Positions 10,811 through 24,900 of a DNA stretch of 64,000 bases are shown one piece after another; positions within the stretch are counted from its first letter, which is position 1; each line of letters opens with the position of its first letter. A program made the translations under genes and the position numbers. A model generated the notes under the pieces. The model saw nothing but the letters and a program-made list of their open reading frames with translations, was not told the DNA's origin and made no database searches. Origin of the DNA: Paraspadella gotoi (taxonomy: Eukaryota > Animalia > Chaetognatha); NCBI GenBank assembly GCA_051294375.1, contig JBJCIZ010000239.1, positions 405,078 through 469,077 on the forward strand, read 5' to 3'.

Positions 10811-12401
10811 TTTAAATTTAGCATGAAATGCCCACTATTGCCCGCTCTAAAGTGAAAGAACGATATACAATATTTTGATATTATTTCATTTAATTTATAT
10901 CGCTGATTGGACTTATACCATGTCTCGAATCAAATCGGTGAATGAATCTTTTCTCGAGTGCAAAACTTGGGATGAAGACCGAAGTTCAACGAACGAATTG
11001 ATAACGAAACCAAGTTCAGATCGATAATTTTCAAAAAAACACTGTCTGACATTAATATTAATATCATTACATTATTATCGTATGTGTATTTGTTGCACTA
11101 GCGTTACCCAAATTTTTAATTACGCCAGACGAAGGGTCACGACGCATTTTAATAGGTTCCTTTTTTTGTCTGTAGAAGACGTTGGGACTGATAAACCTGA
11201 AAAAAAAAAAACTTGATCGGAAGGGAACTCTCCCGAGTTTCCAAGTGATCGAGTAATTTTGCGGTTTTTCTTTGATCGTGATCTTACGTGTGAAATTAAT
11301 TTAAAAGATTTTGAAATATATTTTTGATGTAGACTTTATATTTTTTATTAAGCCTTTTATTTTTAATAAATTGTATTAATAATATAATATTATATAATAT
11401 AAAAAATATAAAGATGATTATTAGTTTTTTTGATAAAATACTTACTGAAAGTTATTTCTAGATTTTGTGAAGAATAAGTATGAAAAGGATAATATTTAAC
11501 AGTATTTTCAGAATCTTTTCAGAGTCTTTGCTTTTAGTAATTATCAAAAGCTGACAAAAGTGATGGGAAAATGACGCAATTACCACGTTTGTGCCATGAG
11601 TATTTTTTTCCCCAAGAAATTGCGAACTTTTACTGTTTTTAAAACAGATACAAATCTAATACGGCACAATGTGCACGTAAAATAATGTAGTTAGCATATG
11701 GAGGTAGATTTTTAAATAAATATTAAGTTTCCACAAGCTAACGTAATTGTTCAGCAAGAAGTTGAAAGAAACTGCTACTTTGTTTATCAAGATATGATTT
11801 TTTTTTTGGTTCTCTCGGCGGCGCTACGAGTCCTTTGAAAGAAACCGTGATCATCTAAAAAAAAACAACCAAAAAGCAGAATAACATTTTTAGATTATGT
11901 TTCTTTCTTCTTCTTCTTTTTCTTTCTTTTTCTTTCGATCCTCATTAAAAATTATCGTCTCATCTTTTTCCCTCCTCTTCCTTCCATCTCGCCTCGTGCG
12001 GTCAGACTCTAACGATCACGAGGTCTGCATTTTTCGTTGAACTTTTTACATTTTGAAAATGGATTAACATACATAAAACGTTAAATGCACATAGTATAAG
12101 CTCCGTAATAATCCAATATTAAAAATTATGAATTTGAAAAAATAAAATATTTAGGATTAATTTTTTTTTTTTTTTTTTTTTTAACATTCGATTTTTTTAA
12201 TCCTAAACATTGGAGTTATTTATCTGGAAAAGTTACATTACAAAAGTCTTACAACTTATTCAAACGTCTTAGTTTTCAACTAGTTTCACCTTACTTATTC
12301 ACTGTTAACCTTTCACTTCGTGATCTCTTTCACCATCGTTCAGAAATTCTCTTCTTTTCTCAACGGAAGCGAAGATGTGAAGCTTATCGCGACCATCGTC
12401 T

Positions 12402-12437
<36 letters not shown>

Positions 12438-12529
12438 AGACGACCGAATAAAAAGCGAAGACGATAGGTCGAGGGTCGAATTTCGCGCCGTGGGTGGGAG
12501 GGGAAGAGAGAGAGAGAGAGATGAGAGAG

Positions 12530-12589
<60 letters not shown>

Positions 12590-13263
12590 GAGAGAGAGAA
12601 CGGCGCCAAAAGGGTGATTGATTGCGATTGCCGATAGCCAAGTGGTCCCATTTTTATTTTTTCGGTTTTTTTTTTTTGGTTTGAAGTCCAATGAATGAGA
12701 GATTAATTTAACGAAAGATTCGCATCAACGTTGATCTCCCTCTCTCGTTCTCTCTCTCTCTCTCTCTTCAAGCTACGTCCAAGAACTATATCGCGAAAAA
12801 ACACTTGATCAGAGACCCTAAAAACCATGAGCGAGCTACCGCGGCCACTCAACAACAACCCGCCCACACAAAATCAAACGTTACCAGCACCTAAAGGGAA
12901 AACGACATGCCTCCTCGTAACGTAGACCATTCCACACGAGTCCCTCCCGGACCGCTCCTCCCCCCCCCTCTCCCCGTACTCAGCAGTACACGTGGCGCAA
13001 GAAGTACGTTCGTTCGGCCGAGCTTACCGCCGTGCTTCAGCTTCCTCTTCGCCTTCAGCTCGAGCGACCTTTCCTCCCTTCACAGTTCATCCCATCCCCT
13101 CCTTCCAGTACTCTCTGTCTCCAATCATCCGCCTCTCCGCCCCCCTTCTCAACTCTGCGATCTCTCCTCTCTCTCTCTTCTCTCTCTTCTCCTTCTCTTA
13201 TGTCTGTCACTGTCTGTCTTTATGACGTCTGTCAGCTGTCAGTCGATTTTGCAGAAAATAAAC

Positions 13264-13345
<82 letters not shown>

Positions 13346-13457
13346 GCACTTCCTCCACGCCTTCTACCTGACTTATATAAATATAAATATACTATTTAAA
13401 ACCAAATCTCTTTATCCATCATTATCCTAGTCGCCATAAAAATTATCTTGATAACCG

Positions 13458-13494
<37 letters not shown>

Positions 13495-13909
13495 AGTCGC
13501 CAATCTCCCGAACCAAGGCGCTTTCTTACGCACCGATTCGGCGATTTGGGAGTCCCGACTTCAAGATGCGGCCGACTCCTCGGAGGTCTCGCTCTAAGGT
13601 AGTTTGTTCTTTGGTGGATTGAGGGGGTGGTAGAAGGTGGCGGGGTGGTAGAGTGGTCAGTGGGCACACTCTTGGGATTAAAGAGGGTGCGCTAAAGATG
13701 GTGTTAATTAGTGGATGCGTCGAGGAAAGACCGTTGCGAAGTTTGTGATTGATGTTTTCGGGGCCTGGGCCCGGGGGGGGAGTGGGGGCGCAGGAAGTTT
13801 GGGGCGGTTTGCCGACGAGTTTTCTTCCAGGTGAGAAGTTTGGACGCGGCCAGATTTCGGGTTGGGAGTGAGTCTCTTTGGGGCGAAGACTCTTTCTGTT
13901 GGGAGAGAA

Positions 13910-13974
<65 letters not shown>

Positions 13975-14877
13975 AGAAGAAGGAGAGAGAGAGAAGCGAT
14001 TGTTCGGACGGTCATAATAGAAACGGATAAAAAATTTTTCCTCCCGGGTATTGACCAAATGGCCTTCAAGAATTCAGCCAATTAATTAAATTATTATTAA
14101 TATAATCAATCAATCAAATAAATCAATCAATCAATCAATAAATATATGAATAAATAAAGAATCAATCAATCAATCAAATCAAATCAATACGTCTCAGTTA
14201 CCCTCTCTAACTGTCATCGCAAATTATTCGCCCTGTAGGCCGAGAGTTCCGACTTTCTTTCATCGATTTCACCGGAGTTTTGATCGGAAGTCAAAAAAAG
14301 AAAAATTAAAAAAATATATAAAAATATGGGCGGGAAAAAAAGAAAGAAAGAAAGAAAGATGATAGAAATTCTGGACGGATAATTAGGTAAAAAAAGCCGG
14401 AGAGGAAATGTAATAGAGTGAAGGAAATATGGGGTGGGAGGAGGAAGAGGAGGAGGAGGAAGAGGAAGAGGAAGAGGAAGGGGGGAAGTGGAAGGAGAAA
14501 TGGTAGAAAAATAATGCCTCTTTTTCCGAGGACGCCTCATTTTGGGAATTAGATAAATTTTTATGCGGTTAAAGATTAGATTAGAGTTTAGGATTAAGGA
14601 TAAAGTTAGGAACTAGGGTTAGGATTTTAGTAAACTTTGTAATGGGCATTATAATCCGAGCAGCAAGGGAAATGCGAGGAAGATTAATTCATACTTAAGA
14701 TCGGAATATTATGACGTCCCAACATCATGAAGTAAAAGGAAAACAAATTATCCAAAAAAAAAATATACAAAATATGTTTTTGATTTTTCTATCGAAAATT
14801 CAAAAAGGCCTTCGGGCCTGATAAATGCGGGTTTTTCAAACTCGATTTAACTTTAAGATGGAAAAAAAATTGAGAGG

Positions 14878-14909
<32 letters not shown>

Positions 14910-15359
14910 GAGGAGAGAGAGAGGGAGAGAAGAGGAGGGAGAGAGAAAGAGAGAGAAATAAAAAAAAAAAATCAACAAAAATTTTAACGAAATAAAAAAA
15001 AAGTTAATTAAAAAAAAAGTAATTGAAACTTTTTCCCTCGACTTTTCAAAAAAAATTTTGGCTGCGGCTTTTTCTTTTTTTTTTCCAGGGAAATACTCCG
15101 ATATTTATCATTTAGCTTTCCTTTTTTTTCTTTTTCTTTTTTTTTCGCTTTAAAAAGTCAGGAAATGGAATCGATTTCGTGGAAAAACATTTGAATTTTA
15201 GGTTTTTTTTTTTTTTAAACTTTTTAGTCGACTTAATCATTTCGACTTCCTCCTTCAAGTTGGAGAATTTTATGGGCAGTTCGATTCTGAGGCGCTAAAC
15301 AATGGTTAATTATTGTTTTACCTAATAATTAATTGATTTATGAATTATTTGATCAATTC

Positions 15360-16150
15360 GTAATTCATTCAATATTTTATTCTTATTCTTTATTCATTCA
15401 TTCTATTATTCATTCATTCTTTCATTCACACGTTCTTTCGTTGGTTCCTTCATTCATTAATTTATGCATTTGAATCATCCATTAAAACCGTTAACTCTTT
15501 GCTTCGTTATTCATTCACTCATTAGCCAATTAATTTATTCATTCACAAATTATATTAATCATTTTTTTATCTCACTCTCTAATGCATTAATTCATTCATT
15601 CATTCATTCATTCTTTCATTCATTTCCTTCAAGTTGGAGATTTTATGGCAGTTCGATCTGAGGCGCTAAAATGGTTAATTATTGTTTTACTAATGAATTA
15701 ATTTGATTATGAATTTATTGATCAATTCGTATTCATCAATATTTTATTCTTATTCTTTATTCATTCATTCTATTATTCATATCAATTTTTCCATTCACAC
15801 GTTCTTTCGTGGTTATCCTTCATTCATTAATTTATGCATTGAATCAATCCATTAAAACCGTTAAGCTCTTTGCTTTCGTTATTCATTCACTCCAAATTAA
15901 GCCAATTAATTTCTTCATTCACAAATTGTATTACATTTTTTATCTCACTCTCTAATGCAAATTCCTTATCATTATCATTTTTCATTCAATTTCATTCATT
16001 CATTCATTCATTATCATTCATTCATTCATTCATTCATCATTCATTCATTCTATTAATTCATTCATTCATTTATTCCTATCATTCATTCATNNNNNNNNNN
16101 NNNNNNNNNNNNNNNTCATTCATTCATTCATTCATTCATTCATTTATTCA
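15360..16150. repeat. (TTCA)n microsatellite region
   Basis: cattcattcatt arrays; duplicated at 29580-29975. Confidence 0.8.
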
Positions 16151-17390
16151 TCAATCCCTTTTATCTTCTCATGTTGATCTCTTTTCACATCTTCGAATGC
16201 TCCTCCCAAAATGAGTCGCAAAACTTTCGCCCTCGATGTTCTTCTGTTTTTCTTTCGTGATCCGAAACCAATTTTTTTATCACCTTTATCTTTCACAATC
16301 GAGTTGTTAGTTTAAAGGAAAAGATTAAACATTTGTTTACGATTCGGACGAGATAAATGTACATCGGTGTTAGGATGAAGGGCGGACGTTAATAGCCGAA
16401 GGAAATCGGATCCATCACTCGTTCTCGTTTGGGTTATGTTTTTAACTTGTAGGACCGGAAGCAGAACATCTTTAAATAGCCCGGAAAACAAAGATACGGT
16501 TTATTTACTGTTTTATGTTTATTGACAGATAGATAACATTAATTAAAAATTTTAATATTGATAGTACTAATATTTTTTAATAATAAAAAAAAAATAAACT
16601 GCTTGGAAGATATTTTGTGAACTCGGGAATGGACAATATTTCCCAGGTCATCTTAGTTGACCTTTTTCGGACTCGTCTTTTTCACCATCGTTGTCGCTTT
16701 CTCGTGGTTTTTTCTTTTAGCCGAAAACCTCGTCACTTGTTATTCGATCAAAATCGTTTCGCAGGAAAAGATTTTCAATTATTGCACGACATTAAAATTT
16801 CCCCATTTGTTTAATTCTACAAGATTAAGCTTATTCGAGCCGGTGGCCTACTTCCTTCAATGATAATATAAATAATATAAATAATAAAATAATATAAATG
16901 ATATAAATAATAATATAAAATAATAAAACATTTTCTACACTGCTGTTTTAAATAAAACTCACGAGGCGGAAATATTCGAACCCGTCCCTCGACATTTTTA
17001 CAACTGCTATTGTCTTTTTTTATTTTATTTTACACTCGGTTTATTCCCCGCGATTGCTTGGTCGATGGAGCGACGGTGCTTGGCGTCAACCAAGCGGACG
17101 CTCCGCGGTTCGTCGCTCTCTCGACTCTCTCTCTGTCTCTCTCGCTCGTTGAACAAGCGAAGAGACGGAAAGTGGGATGGAGACGAACAAGCACTCTGAC
17201 ACGAAGGTAAATATCAAAAAGAAGAGAGAGAGAGAGAGAGAGAGACAATGAGGGGATGGTCTTTTCATGGTTTGGTTTTGTGAGGGCAAAAATATAGTAG
17301 GAGTCAAGAAAAGAGAGAGAGAGAAGGAGAGAGAGAGAGAGAAGAGAAGACAGAAATAAAGAAAAAAAAGAGAGCGGGGAGAGAGAGAAG

Positions 17391-17451
<61 letters not shown>

Positions 17452-18091
17452 CAGAGAGAGAGAGAGAAAGACAGATAGAAAGAGAACAAGAGTATCTAAG
17501 AGCCATTATTCAGTTTTAAAGCAAGAGGCGAGCAAAAAATTAATTGTTGATTAATAAAATTAACTAATTACATGTAAAATTAATACCGCTTTGTCATTCT
17601 GTCAAAGTAACTAATTTATATTCGCATATTTATATTGCGTATTTTGAATCGTTAATTAGTTTTCCTGTTAAAACTAATTAAAAAAAATGACGCCATATTT
17701 TTCTTTACATACATTAACATTTAGTTTTCGCGTGAAAAGTATTTACCAAAAAAAAAAACAAAAAAAAAAACAAACATTTTTTTTGGAGAAAACAAAAGAG
17801 AGGCGATGTCGCTAATTACTAAACTTGAATTTTTAAAACGAAACAAACTATGTTTTTGAACGAAATAACGGAACTTTTTTTTAACGACGAAGACGACTAT
17901 AACGACGATGTAGATGACAGCGACGACGACGAAAACAACGAAGATGACAGCGACGACGACGAAAACAACGACGATGACAACGATGCAATGACAGCAACAA
18001 TCTGCCGGAAAGTCAACACCTTTTTTTTTTTCCTTCGCGTCAAGAGTCGAATTGCAACTGGGATTTAGAGGAGGATTTTCGTCGCTGAGAG

Positions 18092-18183
<92 letters not shown>

Positions 18184-18699
18184 AGAAATTGTAAGAGAGA
18201 GAGCGAGAGAGAGAGAGAGAAAGAGAAAGAGGGGGTGAGATGGCAAGATGGCGAAAGATCGAGAGATTGAGATGGCAAAACGGCATTTTAACTCCGTAAA
18301 ACTTTCACCATGTCGCTATATCAATATATCATATTACCTTCTTAACTGCGACCCTCACAACGACAATTTTCCCCTCACCCTCACCGCATCACCCTCTCGT
18401 CCCCCCCNNNNNNNNNNNNNNNNNNNNNNNNNNNNNNNNNNNNNNNNNNNNNNNNNNNNNNNNNNNNNNNNNNNNNNNNNNNNNNNNNNNNNNNNNNNNN
18501 NNNNNNNNNNNNNNNNNNNNNNNNNNNNNNNNNNNNNNNNNNNNNNNNNNNNNNNNNNNNNNNNNNNNNNNNNNNNNNNNNNNNNNNNNNNNNNNNNNNN
18601 NGGGGTAGCGGAAAGGGTCGGGGATTGAGTGGGTAATGTCGGGCTCACATTGTCTGTTTAAGGAGTCAATTAGAAGGGATAGGGATATAAAACAATCCG

Positions 18700-18952
18700 T
18701 AAACCCTGATCTAATCTTAAACCCTAATACTCACCCAAATCCCAATCTTAATCCTAACACTAATCCTAACCTTAATCCTAACCCTAATCCTAAACTATCC
18801 CTGATCTAATCTTAAACCCTAATCCTAATCATAACCCTAATCTTAACTCTAATTCTAACCCTAACCCTAATCCTATTCCTAATCCTAAACCCTAATCTCT
18901 AACCTTAAAAGCTAATCTCAAACCTAAATCCTTAATCCTAATCTCAAACCAA
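18700..18952 (-). repeat. Degenerate (CCCTAA/TCCTAA)n interstitial telomere-like array
   Basis: aaccctaatcctaa-type hexamer repeats; duplicated at 32768-33015. Confidence 0.75.
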
Positions 18953-19255
18953 ATTTATTAACCGGATATCCAACTTAATCCTTTTCATTAAATTGATTCC
19001 GAATTTAGGATAAAAAGGGTCGTTCTGGGAATATAAGGCCGGAGTGTCCTCCTTTCCAGACGGCGCCGCGTCAACGAGTTTCACGCTTCGCGCCTCTCGG
19101 TTTTTTTTTTCGGCTCGATTGTTGTTGTTGTTCTAGAGATTGTTGTTGTTGTTGTTGTCTCTCATATTCGTCGTCATCGAAGTAAGGATCGCATATTTTT
19201 TTCCTCCGTGGTTTTTTATGAAATTGGTACAATCAATATATAATTTTATTCTCTC

Positions 19256-19332
<77 letters not shown>

Positions 19333-19615
19333 AAAATCGTTACAAACGGAAAAATAAGTATTACGCTTCCAATTTTTTCTAAGGCATATCAAAGAAGAGT
19401 ACAAACGGCTGCTTGTTCGTTTTCTACTGATGAAATTATTATGAAACAGATCGAATATACAAAGAAATAAACAAAGAAAAAGTAAAAATCTCACAAACAA
19501 ATCTTCCATCTGTGTGAATCTCAGCGTTTGTGAAGGCGGAAGGCGTGAACCGAAAAAAACAAAGCAAAGATGTTCACGGCGTGAAAAATAAAAAAAACAC
19601 GGAATATAGAATTAT

Positions 19616-19692
<77 letters not shown>

Positions 19693-20341
19693 AATATTCA
19701 ACTCTCTCTCAAAGACGAACAAAGCATCTGGAAATAATCGAATGTTTTGATATCAATCGAGAGATTTGTGTTGCTAAGAGATTCGGAACAGACGATTATT
19801 CTCAACCTCGACAGAATCTTTGAGCGAGAAAATTTCGTTTTATTTTTTTAAATTTAAATTCGATATTAGGGTGAAAATGTTCCCGACTGTCGACGCCTTC
19901 GTTGTTTAATTTCGTTGTTGGTTTTTTAATTAATCGTTTGAACGGCCGCTCGTGAGCTGGACGTCGCAGAGCCATCTGTCGGTGAATCGAAATAACTTTA
20001 AGCCTATTACGCTTTTATTATTTTAACGAGTATATTCTTTTTCTGTTTTTTTGTTTTGGTTGTCGGTCTGTCTGATTATCTGTCTATTCTGTTCACATTT
20101 AAACACGCTGCAGTTATAGTTAAATCTTGGAAAAGTTCGACGCGAGACTTTTTTTTCCTCTTTTTGTGAATTTCCGTGATCATCTGGAATAAATGATAAT
20201 TTCTATATTTTTACAATTGAACAGGTTTGTCGGTGTTAAACATAAGTTTCTAGTTTTTTCATTCTCGAATGTTTTGCTTTTTGACCCAAAACAATTACAA
20301 AAAATGGGTTTTATATGACGGGAGAAGAGAGAGAGAGAGGG

Positions 20342-20427
<86 letters not shown>

Positions 20428-21924
20428 ATTTTTTGTCACAAGTGAGTCAAAGATGATCGGTTCGTCAAAAATCCTTTCTCGCCTTTCAAGTCGAACTTCC
20501 GCGTCACCTTTCGTCAATTTCCTCTCACTCTCTGTCAGATCAGTCTCTGTCTCTGTCAGCGAAGAGTCCACCTGCCGTTGACGTCATCGGTTGCACCCAC
20601 AATCTTTTCACCATCGGAGAGAATGAACGTTTCGCGAAAACAAAATCCTTTTCACGTGTAAAAATGTGAAAAAGTAATTACGTGAAAATAATCATTTAAT
20701 TCGTCAATTAGTCGAAACGACTAATGATGGTAATTTTGTTTTTTTCCTTTTTTTCCCTGTTCTATCTTTTTATATCCTCAAGAAATTGGTAAATATCATC
20801 CATTCATTTAATAAATAAGCGATCTTGCCCATGACTGTTGACATGCTATGATTCCCTATTACAAGTTAATGAAATAGCAAAAAGCCTTAAAAACTTTCAA
20901 TCTAATTTATTCAGTCTAAACTATTTACTCCTATCAATTAAATTATTTAATATTTCAAAAAAAAGTAAACAATTGAATAAAAGGAGTTTATATTATAATT
21001 TATATGGACGAGTTGTCGTCGTCAGGCGCCGCAGCAGACGGTTCGCGGCTCGAGTGACAGGCGAAAAAAAAAACTTGGTCAATAGTGACATCAACAAGCC
21101 GGTCTTCACACCTCACAACAACCGAAACGCCGCATCAGGTTGTGAATAAAATCTAGTTGAATCACAGATATCGTGTGAATACCTTTAATTTCGAACCAGG
21201 TAACAAGATAAATGAAACAGAGCAGATTCCCGTGTATTATTTTGTAACATAGAAAATAAAATAAGCAATTGAATTCTTTATAGATTTTCCAACGCCGAAG
21301 AAGAAAGTAATTTGGATCGTCTGACTCTGATTAGATACGGATCGCAATAACTTTACCTTAATTGGAATTATTTTTTGTTATGGTTTCGTTCACAAACGTA
21401 AACCAATTTTTTTTATCTTTAAATATGAATGCCACGTTGTACAATTAGCCAATTCGATTCCGTTCGCCTTTCTGTGTGAATTCTATTTATAAAAAAATCT
21501 TAATGAAGCGTCTGGAATCTCGGCGCCCAAAGTGTAATCTGAACTTCTTACTCTTGATTTATAGTTTCAATTTTTAATTTGGAAAAAAGGTTTCACCTTT
21601 CTGGTTTAACAGAGAATTTTCGGTTTGACATCACTTGAAATACTACTGTACCACTAAAAATACCACGATAAAAATTAACTTTTGGTTTTTATTCACATTA
21701 AGTTATTGTAAAAAAAATAGAGATAATGCTGTCATCATTTATTTTTATCACGAATAGTGTAACAATTTTCTTTGGAATGTGAGAGTCTACAGATCATAAA
21801 TAAATTAAAAAAAAAAAAAAAACTCACAACTTACATAACCTAGTCTAGTAAACATTTTGCACCTAAACGATTTGCACAAATAATAATAATTAAAAAAAAA
21901 AAACAAACTCCGAAACGATCACCA

Positions 21925-24900
21925 CTAATCCGATTTGTTTTCCGCGTTTTGATTCCGAGCGAAATTGAGGAAAACTTGTTCCAACGTAGTTTGCGAAACG
22001 GAATAATCCTCGATATTAAATTCTTCCCTCGCGCTCTCGATCCTATCGAAAACCTCGGCCCACGATACGTCACGCTCCGAGGTCGAGGATGTTTCGGGAA
22101 TCCAGTAATGAATCAAACCCTGATGCTCGTCCTTCAATTGCGCACCCGGAAATGATTCGTCGAGAAACTCCATCAACCGCGCGAGACCTTCGGCGTCGGT
22201 GCCATTGGTTCCCACGCTTTCCGTTTGCGTTGGTTGCCCAATTCTGGCCATCACCGTGTACCCGTTTCCGAATTTATTTTTCAAATGTTGACAACTTCCT
22301 ATGCATTTGAATATCCCATTGACCATAATGGCCATGCGGGTGCACAATGCCTCGCACTCGTCCATACTGTGCGATGTGAGAATGATGCTCTGATTACCTC
22401 GTTCTCTGATGGAAGACAAGGTATCCCAAAGCAGCCTTCTTGCTACTGGATCCATTCCGGTAGTAGGCTCGTCCAAAAGGACAATGTCTGGACTACCCAC
22501 CAACGCAATGGCTGTTGACAGTTTTCTTTTATTTCCACCTGAAAAATTCTTCGTGTATTTGTGGATGTGTTCCTCGAGAAGAAGAGCACTCACCAAGTGT
22601 TTGATCATATCTGGAATCATGTTCTCTTTAATGCCTTTCAACCTGGCATACATTGTGAGCGTTTCCCACCCGGTCATTTGGTCTATGAGGGCATCGAATT
22701 GAGGACAGTAGCCCATACGTTGTTGGACCCTTCTTAAATTTGATTTGATGTCGTACCCACCAACATAGCCATTACCATCTGTTATTGTTTCATCACCGGT
22801 TAGCATTTTGAAAGTGGTCGTTTTTCCAGCTCCATTAACGCCGAGAAGTCCGAAACATTCTCCCTTTGGAATGGCCAATGATAATTCGTTCACTGCTAGA
22901 AATTCGCCATATTTTTTAGTGAGCGAATCTAGAATTATCGCATTACTTTCATCAGTCAATTTGTTTAGTTCGATCATGTTTTCAATTCTGAGTTTTTCAC
23001 TGTTGACATCTTCGTCGACGCTGAGAAGTCGCGACAATCCGTGAAGACGAGAATCTCTCACAAGAGTTGGTTCAGATGCACCCTGTGGACGAACTCTTTC
23101 CCAGAAACCGCAGAGACGAAGGGCATTTCTGCAACCTCCTCTGATACTGTAGAAAGTACCCCTGAGAACCTGTGATTCATAGATCATCAGAATTGAAAAA
23201 AATGTCGCCGATGCGAGACATAAGAAGAATACTTCTCGGCCGATTCCAGGTTTTTCCCACGACAAATAATTGTCATTGAATTTGGCACACATATCTCCAC
23301 AATTTTTTTGACAACATGGAAACGGTTCCGTCATGAGAGCGCAAAAGAAATCCAAGGATATGTTGTATGGCTTCAAAAAGTCGTGGCATGTTTTGTTAAA
23401 ATTATAATTGTTGTAAACGTCATTTAATCCTTGCCCAAGAGCAAAGCCGGGAAAGAGCAAAAAAATCCATTCTAATATGATCTGTTCATCTTGCGTTCCG
23501 AGGTCAGGAATGGATAATATAGCATTTGTAAGCAGAGTAACGACTCCAGTGAAAATATTGAACATCACTAATTTGACAAAGCCCGATGTGGGTACATCAA
23601 AAACAAAAGAAAATAAATAGACCATTGGTAGTTGAGCAAACGCATAACAAAAAAGTAGTAAAAACACATACGCAAGATTGTCTTTGTAAAGATATGCCTG
23701 GATGTCAAAAGGAAGGAAGACTAAAACAACTAGAACGGTGGGAATCAAGAAATTTATAAAATCCCAGAGAAAAGTCGATAACCAAAAATTGACGAAATGA
23801 ACGCCCGCGACGATTTGTATGTGCTTTGCTTTGGAGACTCTTTCCCTGATTAGGAATACTGCAAATGATGAACTGAGAAAACACATTCCGAACATTAGAT
23901 TAAATGACAGAACAAAGGAATCAAAATTTCTAGTTTGTTCGTCAAGAACCTGATCTCTCGCAGTACGCGGGAGTGGATGATTAGTCGCATTAAGGGCGCT
24001 AAAATTACCATCCACGATGTAAGACAGAATTGAATTCATTAAGATCTCGAGTGAAATTGCTGGGGTGTGAAATGCTTGATCGTTAAAAAATCCTATGGCT
24101 TTTTTACTTTCATTTGCCTCGGAAAATAAGGCACCAACTATGTAGTGATCATTTAAGTATGAAACACCATCCGATGCTGCTATTTCTACAAGATATTCAT
24201 CAATAATTGTATTATTAGTTTTGTTTTGTATCTCATGATCATTTTTTACATAAACCGGGTTGTCTTTAGTATTTCTAAATTGATCAGCATATTTTATATT
24301 CAGTAGAGAAGCATTACTTTTATCTGAGGTGTATGCATTATACGTATATGAAAACTTTTCTAGATTCAAAGGCATAGGAGGCAAATCACCCGGCTTTGGA
24401 AACGTTTTCATCACTAGAAGTGCGGTTGCCAGGTAAAAGGCTGGAATTATCAATTGCGCAAATGAAATAAGCCAATTCCGTTTTGTATGTAAAACTCGCT
24501 TGAGAAACATGGCATAAAATTGTTGGAAATAAAGTTTCAAACCAAAGTTTCTGGTTTCCTGCTGATGTTATCCATTGTCTCTGGTTTGAATAAAGTGAAT
24601 TAGCTGTGTGGTTTGTATCGCCTTCAACTTCAAAATTTGGATTTTCGAAAGCGGTATCATTTTGAGCTGGCGTAGTCTGTCGAATTTTTTGTGTTAATGT
24701 TTCATCCTCTTCTTCTCCAACGCGCATGAAAACCTCCTCCATTGTTGTAATTGATGCTCCATAGCTCATGATACCCAAACCTTTCTTATTAGCTTCAAGA
24801 TAAGAAAACAGTTGAGCAAAACTGGAAGAACTCTCTTTGGGAAGAATGAAGGACAACTCCGCACTAATGTTACTTTCCAACTGTGCTTGAGGGACATGAT

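Noticed and set aside
12180-14400. CpG-rich exon-like islands (12300-12500, 12770-13160, 13431-13598, 13712-13830)
   Set aside because: Some splice-like signals, but I could not build a stop-free, phase-consistent model or recognise a domain.
19427-19455. CTGATGA...GAAAC hammerhead-like spacing
   Set aside because: No credible stem II or stem I.
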